Shown here: piece by piece, positions 46,315-61,896 of the stretch
Layout: each line of letters starts with the position of its first letter
Numbering within the stretch: the stretch's first letter is position 1
Source of the DNA: the human T2T-CHM13v2.0 reference genome, Homo sapiens
Length of the DNA: 64,000 nt
Assembly: GCF_009914755.1 (NCBI RefSeq)
Contig: NC_060934.1
Strand: one strand, 5' to 3'
The notes under the pieces: model-generated
Database searches by the model: none
What the model saw: the letters and a program-made list of their open reading frames with translations, nothing else
Told to the model about the DNA's origin: nothing
Position numbers and translations under genes: made by a program

Positions 46315-47435
46315 ATACTTGCTATAAAGTATAATGAATGTTTAGGCCTGATCCTCATTACAGATGTTTTGGGAATTTTAAGCCTATAAAAAGTCTACTG
46401 CAAGAAGAATTATCTTCCTTATGGCTTTTTCACACTGGATACTTGAACAAAATGTGTAAACCATTCAGATATTGGCCATTTTAACAGTAATCATGAAGAA
46501 CACATTCAATAATTGTTGCACTGTCGGGTCTATTGTGGCTTCATCATTACCTGCAGCACAAAATTTAAAAATGAGATTGAAATTGGGAGGGAGCTGTTTA
46601 CTAGAAACCCTGTTTCTTTTTCAATTGCTTAAAAGGGCAGCATTAAATCAAGAGGGATCAAAGCATCTCCTCTGATGTATGAAATCAGTGCTCCTAAAAC
46701 AGGAAGAACCAGACTTCCACTTACTCTTTGAAAAGGTGCATTTCAATTGAAACCCATCCTCAGAAGGATAAATTACCTTTCCATTACACTGAGACAGTGG
46801 AGATGCTTTGGTATGGCTTATTAGTACAAGGCACACAGAAAAACCATTTTGTTTCTATTTTTGCATGCTAGCTGATATTCAGATAGAAAACATTTTAAAA
46901 GACCAGAACTTAGAAGCTGTACAAATTTGTTTTTTAAATTGCAAGCCAGAAAACGAAATAATGATACAGTTTGCAGGGCTGAAAAATGTCTTGATCAGCA
47001 TTTTCCCAAGTATTGTCTAAGAACAAAACATCCTTGAAATGCGCTGTTAAACAAAAACAAAAACAAACAAACAAATAAAAAAAGATCTTCAAGGTCAGGT
47101 GAGCCTGAGACATGCTGCCCTCTGGAGTCCTCCCAAGGTAGCCATTAACGTACTGAACGCTCTGAAAGGTCCTGCACTACCAAACCCTCTTTCACCACAA
47201 TTTCACCCAGAGTTTCCTAAACATATATAAACATAGCACATTTTGTTTCTTCTGGTATTGACATTCTGAGGAACTCATGAGCCACATAACACTTCAGGAA
47301 ACCTTCCCGGGTAATTTGTAGACTTTTGTAACAGAGCTCAAAGGTGAAAATATACAATGGATATCTTTACACTATCCCCCTCTGAAATACCCAACTGATC
47401 TATTGTTTCAAAGAAACCAATTTGTCAGGTCTTAC

Positions 47436-47548
47436 CTAAAAACGAAGTCGGATTTATCTATTTCAGTTCCACAGAGAGACTTATTCAGAATTCCCCCATT
47501 TCCGACCACTGCACACTGATTATAAGGGTAGTCCACAAAAGGCTGGGA
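47436..47548 (-). CDS. ST8SIA6: ST8SIA6 coding exon (probably exon 6): SQPFVDYPYNQCAVVGNGGILNKSLCGTEIDKSDFVF(R), first part of sialylmotif L
   Basis: Translated by hand (absent from the ORF track): ctcctgctag|TCC CAG ... TTT AG|gtaag. 113 nt, phase 0 to 2. CAVVGNGG is the sialylmotif L signature. Confidence 0.97.
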
Positions 47549-47726
47549 CTAGCAGGAGAAAGTGGAAAACTACCATGAAATACCGTTAATTTTAGAACCA
47601 TAGACAACAGCTTAATTCTAGTAACTTAACTCTTTATACATGCTAAGGAGAAGAATACGAACAAGAAAAAGCAGCAGCCCAGTTTGCTAATCAACTTACT
47701 ATGACTTAGCATAAAGAACCAGCTGG

Positions 47727-48390
<664 letters not shown>

Positions 48391-49264
48391 TCATTTCTCT
48401 TGAGAGAAATAGACATCATAGGATACACGGCATAATGTAATAATACAAAATACAGTATCATGTATTTTTCATCACATAATTAAGGAAAAAAATTAGAATG
48501 GCAAAACCCCATATTCTGCCTTTCTGATAAACAAGGACATTTTCAGCAAGAAAGAGAAAATAAAGAAATTAGGAAGCAGCATTAAATCTATTCTAAGGCA
48601 TAAAATTAATAGGTGATTTAGCAAAAATTTCCTGTGCTTCTTAAATAGTTAGACCTTCAGGCTCAGTAAGGCATTAGATTTATGCCTGCCGTCTCTGCGA
48701 ATGACCAGCCAGCGTGCTTCAGGGAGGCCTACCAACTGGACTGACATATTTCAAATTAATTTCCAAGACCTGAATCTTTCTTATTCCTTTTAGGACCTGG
48801 CCTGCTTACCCCAGAAGGTTTCCTATTTTCCCCAAGTTCTCTGCAGACTGAAATCTAACTTTTCAATTCAATGGTGCGCTTTCCTTCCCTCTCCTGGTCA
48901 CTTTCCATGAAGTAATAATGTGACCTTGAGCCCACGGCCAGGGTGCCGGCTCGTGCTTCCCAGTGATGAGGTCCTGATCTACCGATTTTGTCTGTAGGAT
49001 TAAGGTGTAAGTCCTCAAGAGCAGAGAGGCTGTTTATTATTTTTAATTTCCTTTAATTTCCCCTCATTTTTCCCTCCTGATCTTGTGTAGTGCAATGTGC
49101 ACAGCTTTCAATACCCATCTCATGGGCTTTCAACAAGCTCTCCCACCTTCTCACTAGGTGGCTCTGTGAATAAATCTTATTTCTTTTGCAAAACCGGTAT
49201 CACGGGAATTAATTTACTGCACGTGCGCAGAACGAACCTGACCCTGGCCTGTAACCATTGAAGG

Positions 49265-49425
49265 GGCCACTGGTAAATATTCAGGAATTTTGTGAGCTGG
49301 TTTTTTAAAGCATTGGTAACTAAAAATTGTCCAGGGTGGGGGTATTGACACCACTGAATTTGGCAAAGGTTGCAAAATCAAGGCACATCGCCCTTGTCAA
49401 AGTCAGTTTACCAGCCCAACTGACA
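49265..49425. mobile_element. MER63-like hAT fragment
   Basis: ctggtaaa...tttaccag inverted termini. Confidence 0.5.
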
Positions 49426-51829
49426 ACAGCCCAGGGCCGATGTGGTTCTGAGCAGTCCGGAGTGACAGAAGATGCCCCAGAATCATTGTGACTGCTGTCT
49501 GCCCCTAATGCTGGCTCTGGGAGCTGCCCAACTAGCAAAGAAACTCGGTTTCAGTACAACTCTCTTTGTAGGTTTGCCTTTGAAATGTAAAAGTCATATT
49601 GCACTTTTTATGCAAGAGGCACTATTTCAAGTACATACTTTATTAGCACATTTAACCTACACAGCAACCTTTTGAGTATTTTACAGATGCGAAAATGGAG
49701 GCATGAGTCCAAGTAACAGCTAGAAAGTGGCAGAACTGGGATAGGAACCCAGGCGGTTTGCTCCAGAGTACCTGCTCTAAACCACTACACATTATCGTTT
49801 CTTACAATTCCATGGATTAAAATGATAACTTAATTATGTATAATTATGTATCTTATTCCTGGTTATATCTGCAATGGCTAGCAGAGTGACTGGCTCTTAA
49901 ATGAATGGTTCCTAGATACCTCAGGCTATTTCATGTCACTGAACTTCTAGCTCAAGATGTCTTCAGCCAGTATCTACTAAATGGTGCCACCATAAATTCT
50001 GAAGTTTATAGATAGGGTAGGATGCAAAAATGCAAATAGGCTCATTATGGTATAAAATAGAAAAGATTACTGAAGGAAACATATCTCAAATTATGCACTC
50101 ACAATAAGGAATGTTTTTCTCTGGTTTCTTGGTCAACTGGGAGGAAAACATCTATATGCTTTAGTATCTCATGTTCAGTATGAATTTAAATAAATTACAA
50201 ATCTCAACGTTTCCTTAAATAAACCTCCTGAGAAAATGCAAATGTGCACGCTCCACTGCCTGCTCATTGCCCACTCTGGTTGAAAATCAACTTTTATTTT
50301 TTTCTCTGCAAGTAACTTAGCCAAGTTTGTGGAGGAAGTGGCTCCATATCATTTCATTAAAACGTTTAATGCCGTCTTCTTGTGTGCCCAGCAGTTCGTC
50401 CTGGAGAGTTTCATGCAGAAGGGCAGAGTAAAGCAACGTGGGAAAGAGGACATTTCCACCACGAGCCCCGTCTATGAAAGGAGAAGGCTGGAGCAACACA
50501 AAAATAGGGACCTGGCTCTGCAATTGCTGCTGTATTGACTGCAGAATTTCCTCTCCCCAGTTTAAAAAAGAAAATCAGTATAAATTTGGAAAGCAGATGC
50601 AGTTCCCAGTTACATACATAATTATCAGGCCTATATTAAGTTAATCCTTTCAAAGTGCCAAATGAGGGTAAAGCAGTTGCTGCTCCTCTGTTCTGGTCAG
50701 TTGAAAACATGGCAGACACTGGCAAAACCTGCATGGATGAATGAGTGAAAGGGCTCACTGTCAAACTTTCCAAGGCTTTCCCTGATAGGAAAGATAAATA
50801 CTCTTTCCTTATCATCTTTTCAATCACTGGTCATTTCAGGGCGTCATGAGAAAGCTTTATATTTTTGTCCCTTTTTCTTCCAGAAAATTTACAGTATTTT
50901 TTCTCTATCATTTTCTATTTATTTCTCATTCATTCTCAGCTAGTTATTCTTCCTCTAAATCCTAATATAAAAAAAATTGGAACAATTTACATGAGCAACA
51001 AAAATTAGCTGAAAGAGGTCAAAGCTCCAATAAAAGAAAACTGTAAGAATCTCATATCCTACAGTTAGTATACTGCACATATAGAGGGATCCTATTTTGA
51101 CCATCTTGATATGGCCTAATTGTTTTTTAATGGAATCATAGAAAGACGCTGGAGAGTGTATGTTTATAAGCAATGAGATGTTTATGTTCCTCAGAACCAA
51201 AACTTCCCCAAGTGTGGGTTTGCATTAAGGGTCGAGTTTCTCCTAACTGTGTGAAGTGGTTTTATATCATATCATTACTCATTTTTCTAATTTTACAAAT
51301 TGGTAGTGAGTGCATATATGTACTGGGAAATGTTCTAGGGGTTTGGGATATATCTGTGAACACAGCAGACAACAATCTCTATCTTATGGTGGGTACGTTT
51401 ATTGACTATAAATTCTTACATATTTACTTCCCAAAGATGAGCCACATAAACGCACCGTTCCTTGGGAAGGAATTGATTTAGTCACCATAACTGACAATTG
51501 GAAGAATCTTATTTGAGATGAAAAATGGCCGTCTTCACAAGCCTCAGTAATTACTAAGCAGGAAGCCCGAGTGTCTCATCTCATTCGAAGAAGAGTCTGG
51601 AAGACAGGACTGGAAGAGCTTATCATTTAAGATATAAATAATCCTTCCCTACAGAGCCACACTGCATTCAAAATGGCCCTTTTAAAAAATGGCTCACTGT
51701 CCAAATTTTATACAACATAACAATATGGTATTTTAATTGAGTCCATCATAATTGTAAGTTACAGCTTAAAGTAAAAGAAAATTCACCTGGAATGGTAACA
51801 CAAATAACCCACCAGAAACCTTTACTCAC

Positions 51830-51974
51830 CACTGGAAACATATGAAAAATGTTCTTCTTAATTGGGATTTCTTTTTTGCTTTCCACCTCGTAACTCATAT
51901 TAGTCCCAACTGGAGTGTTATTCTGAGAAACAACAAAGTTTTGAACAGCATCACAGCAGGAAGCAAGTTTGGCT
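51830..51974 (-). CDS. ST8SIA6: ST8SIA6 internal coding exon (probably exon 5): (R)AKLASCCDAV...NIFHMFPV
   Basis: Minus strand: pyrimidine tract+ttgcag|A GCC AAA ... CCA GTG|gtgagt. 145 nt, phase 2 to 0. Peptide recognised as ST8Sia VI and joins in frame to the next exon. Confidence 0.96.
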
Positions 51975-52164
51975 CTGCAAAGGAAAAGGATGAAAAGGAA
52001 GCCAAAGTATAAGATTAAGAAACCGAAAATGCAGACCACGATGGACAATGCCGAAGAGGATTTTGCCAAACTGACTTTCAAAAAGAAGATAATTATTCAC
52101 AAAGATGACTTTGATTTTTGTCCTCCAGGTTTCATATCCCTTGAGGACTGGGACTGACTCTCTT

Positions 52165-54091
52165 TTTTTTCATTCTTCTTTTGTCTTTTGTTTAATCTTA
52201 TTTTGATTTCTTTTTTAATTTTACTTTAAATTCTGGGATACATATGCAGACATGCAGGTTTGTTACATAGGTACATGTGTGCCATGGTCGTTTCCTGCAC
52301 CTATTAACCCGTCATCTAGGTTTTAAGCCCCACATGCATTAGGTATTTGTCCCAATGCTCTCCCTCCCCTTGCCTCCAACAGGCACCAGTGTGAGATGTT
52401 CCCCTCTCTGTGTCTATGTGTTCTCATTGTTCAACTCCCACTTATAAGTAAGAACATGTGGTGTGTTTGGTTTTCTGTTCCTGTGTCAGTTTGATGAAGA
52501 TGATGTCTTCCAGCTTCATCCATGTCCCTGCAAAGGACATGATCTCATTCCTTTTTATGGCTGCGTAGCATTCCATGGTGTATATTTACCATATTTTCTT
52601 TATCCAATCTATCATTGATGGGCATTTGGGTTGGTTCCATGTCTTTGCTATTGTAAACAGTGCTGCAATAAACATACGTGTACATGTGCCTTTATAGTAA
52701 AATGATTTATATTTTTTTGCCTATATACCCAGTAATGGGATTGCTGGGTCAAATGGTATTTCTGGTTCTAGATCCTTGAGGAATAATCATACTGTCTTCC
52801 ACAATGGTTGAACTAATTTACACTCCCACCAACAGTGTAAAAGCATTCCTATTTCTCCACAGCCTCACCAGCATCTATTTCTTGACTTTGTTTTTTTATT
52901 TTTTGAGACAGAGTCTCACTCAATCTCCCACACTGGAGTACAGTAGCATGATCTTGGGTCACTGCAACCTCTGCCTCCTGGGTTCAGGTGATTCTCCTGC
53001 CTCAGCCTCCTGAGTAGCTGGGATTACAAGTGTGCACCACCTATGCCTGGTTAATTTTTTTAGTAGAGACAGGGTTTCACCATGTTGGCCAGGCTGGTCT
53101 CGAACTCCTGACCTCAAGTGATCTGCCTGCCTCAGCCTCCCAATGTGCTATTTCTTGACTTTTTAATAATTGCCATTCTGATGGGCCTGAGATGGTATTT
53201 CACTGTGGTTTTGAATTGCATTTCTCTAATGATCAGTGATGATGAGCTTTTTTTCATGTTTGTTGGCTGCATAAAATGTCTTCTTTTGAGAAGTGTCTGT
53301 TCATATCCTTTGTCCACTTTTTGGTGGGGTTCTTTTTCTCTTGTAAATTTGCTTCAGTTCCTTGTAATCCTGGATATCAGACCTTTGTCAGATGGGTAGA
53401 TTGCAAAAATCCCATTCTGTAGGTTGCCTGTTCACTCCGATGCTAGCTTCTTTTGCTGTGCAGAAGCTCTTTAGTTTAAAATCAATGTGCAAAAATTACA
53501 AGCATTTCTATACATCAACAACAGACAAGCAGAGAGCCAAATCATGACTGAACTCCCATTCACAATTGCCACAAAGAATAAAATACCTAGGAATATAGCT
53601 TACAAGGAATGTGAAGGACCTCTTCAAGGAGAACTACAAATCATTGCTCAAGGAAATAAGAGAGGACACAAACAAATGGAAAAACATTCTATCCTCATGG
53701 ATAGAAAGAATCAATATTGTGAAAACAGCCATACTGCCCAAAATAATTTATAGAGTCAATGCTATTCCCATCAAAATACCATTGACATTCTTCACAGAAT
53801 TAGAAAAAACTACTTTAAATTTCATATGGAACCAGAAAAGAGCCCATATAGCCAAGACAGTCCTAAGCAAAGAGAACAAAGCTGGAGGCATCATCCTGCC
53901 TGACTTCACACTATACTACAAGGCTACAGTAACCAAAACAGCGTGGTACTGGTACCAAAACAGAGAGATAGACCAATGGAACAGAACAGAGGCCTCAGAA
54001 ATAACACCACACATCTACAACCATCTGATCTTTGACAAACCTGACAAAAACAAGCAAAGGGGAAAGGATTCCCTACTTAATAAATGGTGCT

Positions 54092-54095
<4 letters not shown>
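52165..54095 (-). mobile_element. L1PA with a 5' inversion (3' part on minus to ~53479; inverted ORF2 part on plus 53478-54095)
   Basis: Minus-strand 3'UTR/ORF2 end abuts plus-strand ORF2 peptide ([25 protein letters not shown]...). Confidence 0.93.
52890..53149 (-). mobile_element. 5'-truncated Alu inserted in L1
   Basis: TSD ctatttcttgacttt (52875-52889, 53148-53162). Confidence 0.93.
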
Positions 54096-54163
<68 letters not shown>

Positions 54164-54446
54164 TTTTTTGCTACAGTCTTGCTCTGTCCCCCAGGTTGGA
54201 GTGCAGCGGCACAATTTCAGCTCACTGCAAATTCCACTTCCCGGGTTCAAGCAATTCTCCTGCCTCAGCCTCCTGAGTAGATGGGACTAAAGGCACCTGC
54301 TACCATGTCCGGCTAATTTTTGTATTTTTAGTAAGGACAGGGTCCAACCATGTTGGCCAGGCTGATCTTGAACTCCTGGCCTCAAGTGATCTGCACCCTC
54401 AGCCTCCCAAAGTGCTGGGATTACAGGCGTGAGCCACTGCACCTGG
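54095..54446 (-). mobile_element. Alu with (AT)n + polyT tail
   Basis: ~25 AT dinucleotides, polyT, Alu body. Confidence 0.93.
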
Positions 54447-54685
54447 TTTTTTTTTTTAAATCTCACTAGACTTCTAACTGGCCCTGGATTGTAGCATGGT
54501 GACTTGGCAAGATAAATGGCAAAGCAGTTAAACACACTTAGGTAGGGACCTACTCACCAATAGAAAATGCTCATGAATATAACATTTTTAAAAATACGAA
54601 CTTTCTTCTGATGATACTGTTATAACACTAAAGACAAAAAATGAGAGGATTCATTGTAATGATTTTATAATAATTATAAAATACA

Positions 54686-54980
<295 letters not shown>

Positions 54981-56388
54981 TTATTATTATTATTATAATA
55001 ATAAAATACAGAAACTAAGTTAAGAACAGTATCACAGTCACTAAAACAATACATAATCATTTATTATCAGACAAGTCCAATGAAAAAAAGAAATATACAG
55101 TGAATTTTTAAGTGGGGTGAATTTAAAGTTGCCATTCCTTGTAGAAAGCCCAGCAAAGCATAAATTAATACCAAGCTACGTTTCAAAATGATTACCATGG
55201 AGTGAAACATTATTATTGGAATGTAGACCTAGGAAGTGCTTTCAAGGATCATCTGAGTTAACCCCCAACCTCTGGCAAGTGCATGTAGAACCACTTAGAA
55301 TTCATATTTCATTTCTTTAATTCTCCAATGATGTAGATGCCTTAAAGTCTCTTGATAATTGTTCCAGGGTTTAATCAACCTTAAAGTCAAAGAGATTTCT
55401 GCATTTGCACAACGAAACTATGTTTTAATGTAAATCTATTTTCCTTGTTAGGTTTTCATAGAATCTCCTTGTGAAAATACTTCACGTACTTGAAAATGGA
55501 AATCAAGCAAAGCTTTAGCCTTTTTCAGTCTTGCAGAGTTTACAGAATTTTCTCTTCTCTCAGGTTTTCCTCATAGGACCAGTTTTTCATGGTTTTAGTC
55601 ATCTTGTTTCTCTTTAAACCTCAACTTATTTCTCCGTATTACTTAAAAATCTGTATCCAAGCCAGATCCAGTCATAAGACAAGAGTCAGTGAATATTCAG
55701 CAAGAAATGTTGATGGTAGTGAGTCATTAGAAATAGTCCTTCCTCAGTCCACACTTCTATTATTGGTTTAGTCCTGAAAAGTAAGCTTCCAAACATGTTT
55801 CTACTGAATTTTGCCCTTTTGCAAAAATACAACGATCTAATTTGTCAAGGTCATCTAAAATTTAGTCTTCTGAATTCCAATAATTCTCAAGACGTGAAAA
55901 GTAGGGGTAATATTTGCACCTCAAAGTTAAGGTTTTTAAAAATACTTCTTATCAGTTAAATATGTTAAAATATTCATTAAAATAGTATATCCTTCTTAAT
56001 TGGATTCTGTCACCCACTTATTATTTCTTTTTGTATTTTACAACCTACCATTCAAAAAAGATGGTTCATGGAGATTAACAAAAGAGAAAAAATGAAAATG
56101 AAATGGTGTGTAGTCAAAAACATGATACTAAGTAGTTTTTAATTATACATTTAATTTGATAAAAATTTGTGTGACATATTGCAAATTCAGAAATTCTTAT
56201 GCGTATATAATTTTTAGTGGCTCTTTTATCCAGCATTTTGAGAAAAAGCAACATAATAAATTCTCATTTACCTTTGGCAAACAATTTCTCTAAGGATATT
56301 CAATGCCCTCAAGAATATTGCATCACCAAAAACACTAAATCAGATTTCTCCTTATGCTTTTTAAAACATTAATAGAGTTTTTGCTGAA

Positions 56389-56684
<296 letters not shown>

Positions 56685-56992
56685 TTTTTCTTAAATTATA
56701 TATTTTAAATATCGTGTAAAATTTCCAAACCTGTAGGAAAGTTAAAAGAACTGGACAATAAGCGCTTGAATAACCAGCAGTTAGATTTGACAATTAACTT
56801 TTCACTATATTTGCCTTATTGTGTATCTGTCCATTAATCCAATTTTATAGTTGTACTTGTTGCAATTCAAAGTAAATTATAGATCTGAGTGCATGTCACC
56901 TTCAAACACTTCCTATCTCCCGACCCTCCGCCAAGCCCCAGAGGACACTTTTGTGATGATTTTTCACCACAGATTCGTTTTTCCTGTTCTAG

Positions 56993-57394
<402 letters not shown>

Positions 57395-57769
57395 TGACAT
57401 GGTTTGGGTCTGTGTCCTCATCCAAACCTCATGACGAATTGTAATCCCGTGTTGGAGGAGGGGCCCGGTGGGAGGTGACTGGATCATGGGGGTGGATTTC
57501 CCCCTAGCTGTTCTCGTGATAGTGACTGAGTTCTCACGAGATCTGGTTGTTTTAAAGTGTGAAGCACCTCCCCTTCTCTCTCTTCCTCCGGCCGTTTAAG
57601 AAGAGCCTGCCACCTCTTTGTCTTCCGCCATGATTATAAGTTTCCTGAGGCCTCCTCAGCCACGATTCCTGTGCAGCCTGCAGAGCCGTGAGCCAATTAA
57701 ACCTCTTTTCCTTATAAATTACCCCATCTCGGTTATTTCTTTAGAGCAGTGCAAGAACAGACTAATACA
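57395..57769 (+). mobile_element. MSTA-like solo LTR
   Basis: tgacatggtttgg...aattaaacctctttt...gactaataca. Confidence 0.9.
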
Positions 57770-58381
57770 CCTTGTGTAGCAGCAGACTGTTCTTTATTCC
57801 TGGAGTAGTAGTCCATGGTATGGATGTACCAGAGTTGGTTTAGCCATCCCCCTTGCAACTTTTGAAGATCTCACTATCAAAAATCAACATTCAACCCCAA
57901 AGCACTCGTTATAATCTCCCAGGAAAAATATCAGAATTATAATCTAAGATGTCACAGGCTAAGGGGACTTTTCCAGCTTTTGTGTGCGGTGGCGGAGTGA
58001 TAAGCATATGCTCTTTGTCACTTTCCAGCTCATCCATGTGCCAGAGAGTAAGAGCCAGTGTTGGTATAAAGCTGACCTGCTTACAACAAATAAAACAAAA
58101 TGGAATTTTTATCTCTATTATGCTATTTCCCATCACCCCTAAAGTCAGAATCAGTTCTGATCTTGGGTGACTCTAAAGTCAACTAGACATGTTCACAATA
58201 ATGGGTATGGCCATTGCTCCCTTCTTGGGTAAAAAGAAGAGGATACATTAAGAAATGGAGGACACTGTGGGTATTCATCAGAAATCCTGCCATTTCCATG
58301 ACATCTCAGTTGTCTATAATGCAAGGTTTCACCTTCCATGGCAGTAAATATCCCCACCAGATTAGTAGGCACAAGCCTTAA

Positions 58382-58760
<379 letters not shown>

Positions 58761-60517
58761 TGTTATTCCCATTTTAAAGATGAGAAAATTGGGGTTGAGA
58801 GAGGGTAAGTTATATGACCAAAGCATACAGTTTGTAAACAACTCAAACCTTTGTGTTTTGACATCCACTTTTCTACAGTTTACACTAGAGTATGTTGTAA
58901 TTGGGGAAATGTCATTATCTAAGCCTGTTCCCCTTGGATGCTTTCCAAAATGGTACCACCATAGCATAGATAGTTGTTCCCAAAGTAATGCTGGTAGCGT
59001 CTTGCTAAAAACCTACCTAGACTCAATTCAAAGGCTATCATACAATGTACATATAAATGCTTCAAAGCCTGTATAACTGAGACATTTGAGGCTCTCCTTT
59101 TACGTGGAAGATGTATAAGCTGCCCTATGGGAGCAGGATTATCAGGTGACCCGAACAATGCACCCTAAAATAAATTGAAAAGAAGCCTCTGGCTTGCTGC
59201 GAGTCTAACTCTTGCTGCGTTCTACCTTCAGCAATTTCCTCCATGCAACCCAGGTTCAAAAGAGCATACACTGCCCATCCATGTGGCATCCCCCAAGGAA
59301 AGAATTGAGACTTTCTGTACTGCACCGAGTTCTAGAATTCAGGAGAGTTCATATACTTTGAAAAATGCTTAACTTTCAAGGAGTAGGTTGGTTCTGGGAG
59401 AATCTGACTTAGTGCTTTTCACCTGGATCTATAAGGATGAAATCGAAGATCTGCAAAATCACCTTTGCATCCAGATGTCAAATCATCTTTGCATTACAAA
59501 TTCCTTTTGAGAAAGGGATCTTTATTAAAATTGTAAAAATTCCTTTTTTTTTTCACTGTAGGTGCTATTTTCTTTTTCTGTTTCTTTTGTTTGTTTGTTT
59601 TTATTTGTTTCAAGTCTCAGGTCAAAATTCTTCTTCAGTTCTAAATGCAGTGCTTCCTGGATTTCCATGAAGTGTTAACAACTACTTAAGGCTTACAGTT
59701 CACAGACCGAGGCTAACGACCTAAAGGCCCAAACCCATGGCTCCCAGGCACCTCTTCTGTTTATTAAACTCTGAGCCTCCCTAATGAGATGTGAAAAAGT
59801 TCCCATAAGGTAGAGGCTGCAGGCACTTTCCAGGTATTGATAAAGAGCTACCTTTCCAGAATTCATTCTCCATGATTCTAATGAGGGTCCTAGGAAAAAG
59901 AGTTTTAAAATGTAAGCACAGCAGAAAGTCAAAGGATTTACTTACCATCCAAATCATTTCTAAAATGGCCACATTTCTTTTTCTTCACGAAAATATAACA
60001 TACATAGGCCAACAATCCAGCACTTGCCTGTCTCCTGTTGGTGCCCCCTTTTTTTACTTCTCTTCTTGCCTCATTTGACATGTAATTCATGGATTGACCA
60101 ATAATAACAATAACCAACATTTAGTGCATTCTCACTGCATGCTAAATATTTTACATAGATTATTTCACTTAAACCCTACAATAGCCCTACAAAATAGATG
60201 CAATTAATATTCTCATTTTATAGATGAGGATAACTTAGGATCATAAAGTTAAGAAGGTCACATATGACACGTTCATTCACTCATTCATATTTATTTAGCA
60301 CCTATTAAATATTGAGCTCTATGAGAAGTGCTGGCTACACATTGGTCAATAAATCAAGCATTGTCTCTGCCTTTATAGTGTTTGTGATCCTGTAGGAAAG
60401 AAAATAAAAAGGTTTAGAAAGATGACTTGTAAGGCAGTAAGTAGCAAAGCAAAGATTCAAACCCAGAATTCAAACTATTCCTCTAAAGCCATTGCCAGGG
60501 CTTGCACTGCAAAGAAC

Positions 60518-61123
60518 TGATAAATACAGTGAGTTCTAAGTTTCTCTTGAAAGAATCAGTATGTCGATATGTTCAGTTCTTTGTTCTCCATCTTAAAGTT
60601 TAACTTCCTCGTTCTCTTCGTCTCCTTGCCCCTAGTTTCCGTAAACAACCTTCCCACCAGTTCTCATCAGTAGTTCACATCTGTTCCCCTGGTCACCTGC
60701 TTCGTCCTGAGTCACCCTGGTCACCTGTTCCGTCCTGAGTCACCCCTGGTCACCTGCTCCATCCTGAGTCACCCCTGGTCACCTGCTCTGACCTGTGTCA
60801 CCTTTAGTCACGTGTTCCGTAACTGTCTTTCCTGCCAAAACTGCTCACCCCGCCACTCTGGCTCATACCTCTGCTCTCTTTAAAACAGCCAATCGGAATT
60901 AAGCTTAGACTGTGCGGTCCAAACCCAGCCAATATGGGAATGTCGCAGCAGTAGGAGCTTCCTGTGTCAGGGATAAGAACCCCTTCCCCTCCCTTGTTCA
61001 GGTGTGCTCTCGCCATTGCTCCCTTCATGAGACACACCCTTCTATAGAAGTAAAATTGCCTTGCTGAGAAAATTTATGTTTGAGTGTTATTTCTTTTGCA
61101 GCACCAAAAATTTATTTCCAGCA
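60518..61123 (+). mobile_element. LTR10A-like solo LTR (HERV-I group)
   Basis: tgataaatacagtgagttctaagtttctctt...aagaatcagtatgtc start; ttgccttgctgagaaa...tttatttccagca end; internal 28-29-bp repeats; flanks gaac/aaac. Confidence 0.85.
60686..60810. promoter_or_regulatory. Tandem AP-1 motif array in the LTR10 internal repeat
   Basis: TGAGTCA at 60708, 60736, 60765; variants TGTGTCA at 60794 and TTAGTCA at 60804. Confidence 0.7.
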
Positions 61124-61896
61124 AAACCATGGTGTGCAATGGGGGAAATTAAAATGTTCTTATCTGAGCCACTGTATCTTACAACCCAAAATATTTTTCT
61201 AGATTTCTCAAGTTCGTATTTGGAAGAACTTCTTTAACAAAAAATAAAAGAGCTTTCTGGGCTCAAGGGGCCTTTCCATTGCTGTCACATAGTGTAGAAG
61301 ACTTACCCCCTGCACCCTAGCTGCCCAGCCTCCACACACAGTCTTCATATCCCAGTGACTGCTCTAGACACTGCAGGAGTCTGTGTGTTTGCCTGTGGGC
61401 TTGTGTTGTGCAGCTACGGGAGGCAAGGCCCAGAGAAGGTGAAAGAGAAAGAATACTTTGGTATTACAGGTTGAGAACAAGACATCTCTGGTTAGAGGCC
61501 ATTGAAGTCAGGAAGATTTACAGGCTTTCACTTGACTTTCTAGAACCCAGCAGTGTGCACTGGCTTTCCAAAATTCAAGTGTGATCTGAAATTGTATATT
61601 TAAAGGAATCATGGCTACAAAGGGAAGACAGAGATACATACAACTCTATAATGTTCAAAACCATGCCTAGTGTGCTTGGATCTGTTGTGGAAGCTTACTT
61701 TCAAAGGCAATTGACAAACCAGGGCCTGTCTGGAGGGAACAGATTGAAATCCATGGTAGGTGAAGAACTAATAACGTCCCGGCTGGAGAAGAGCAGATTC
61801 GGAGGATTCAGTAGCTCTCTTCAAATATTTTAAGGACCATAAGGTAAAGGAATAATGAGATTTAACTTCTGTAGCTTCAAGATACAGAATGAGGAC

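Noticed and set aside
48780-49256. Possible ERV1 LTR ending gaacgaacctg...gtaac
   Set aside because: LTR-like 3' end with AATAAA, but family and 5' boundary could not be assigned.
51746-52081. ORF with an apparent signal/TM segment as an alternative ST8SIA6 N-terminus
   Set aside because: The hydrophobic part is the translated polypyrimidine tract, the start is not ATG, and only 51830-51974 is bounded by splice sites.
53611-54276. 221-aa ORF
   Set aside because: L1 ORF2 fragment running into (AT)n and Alu sequence.
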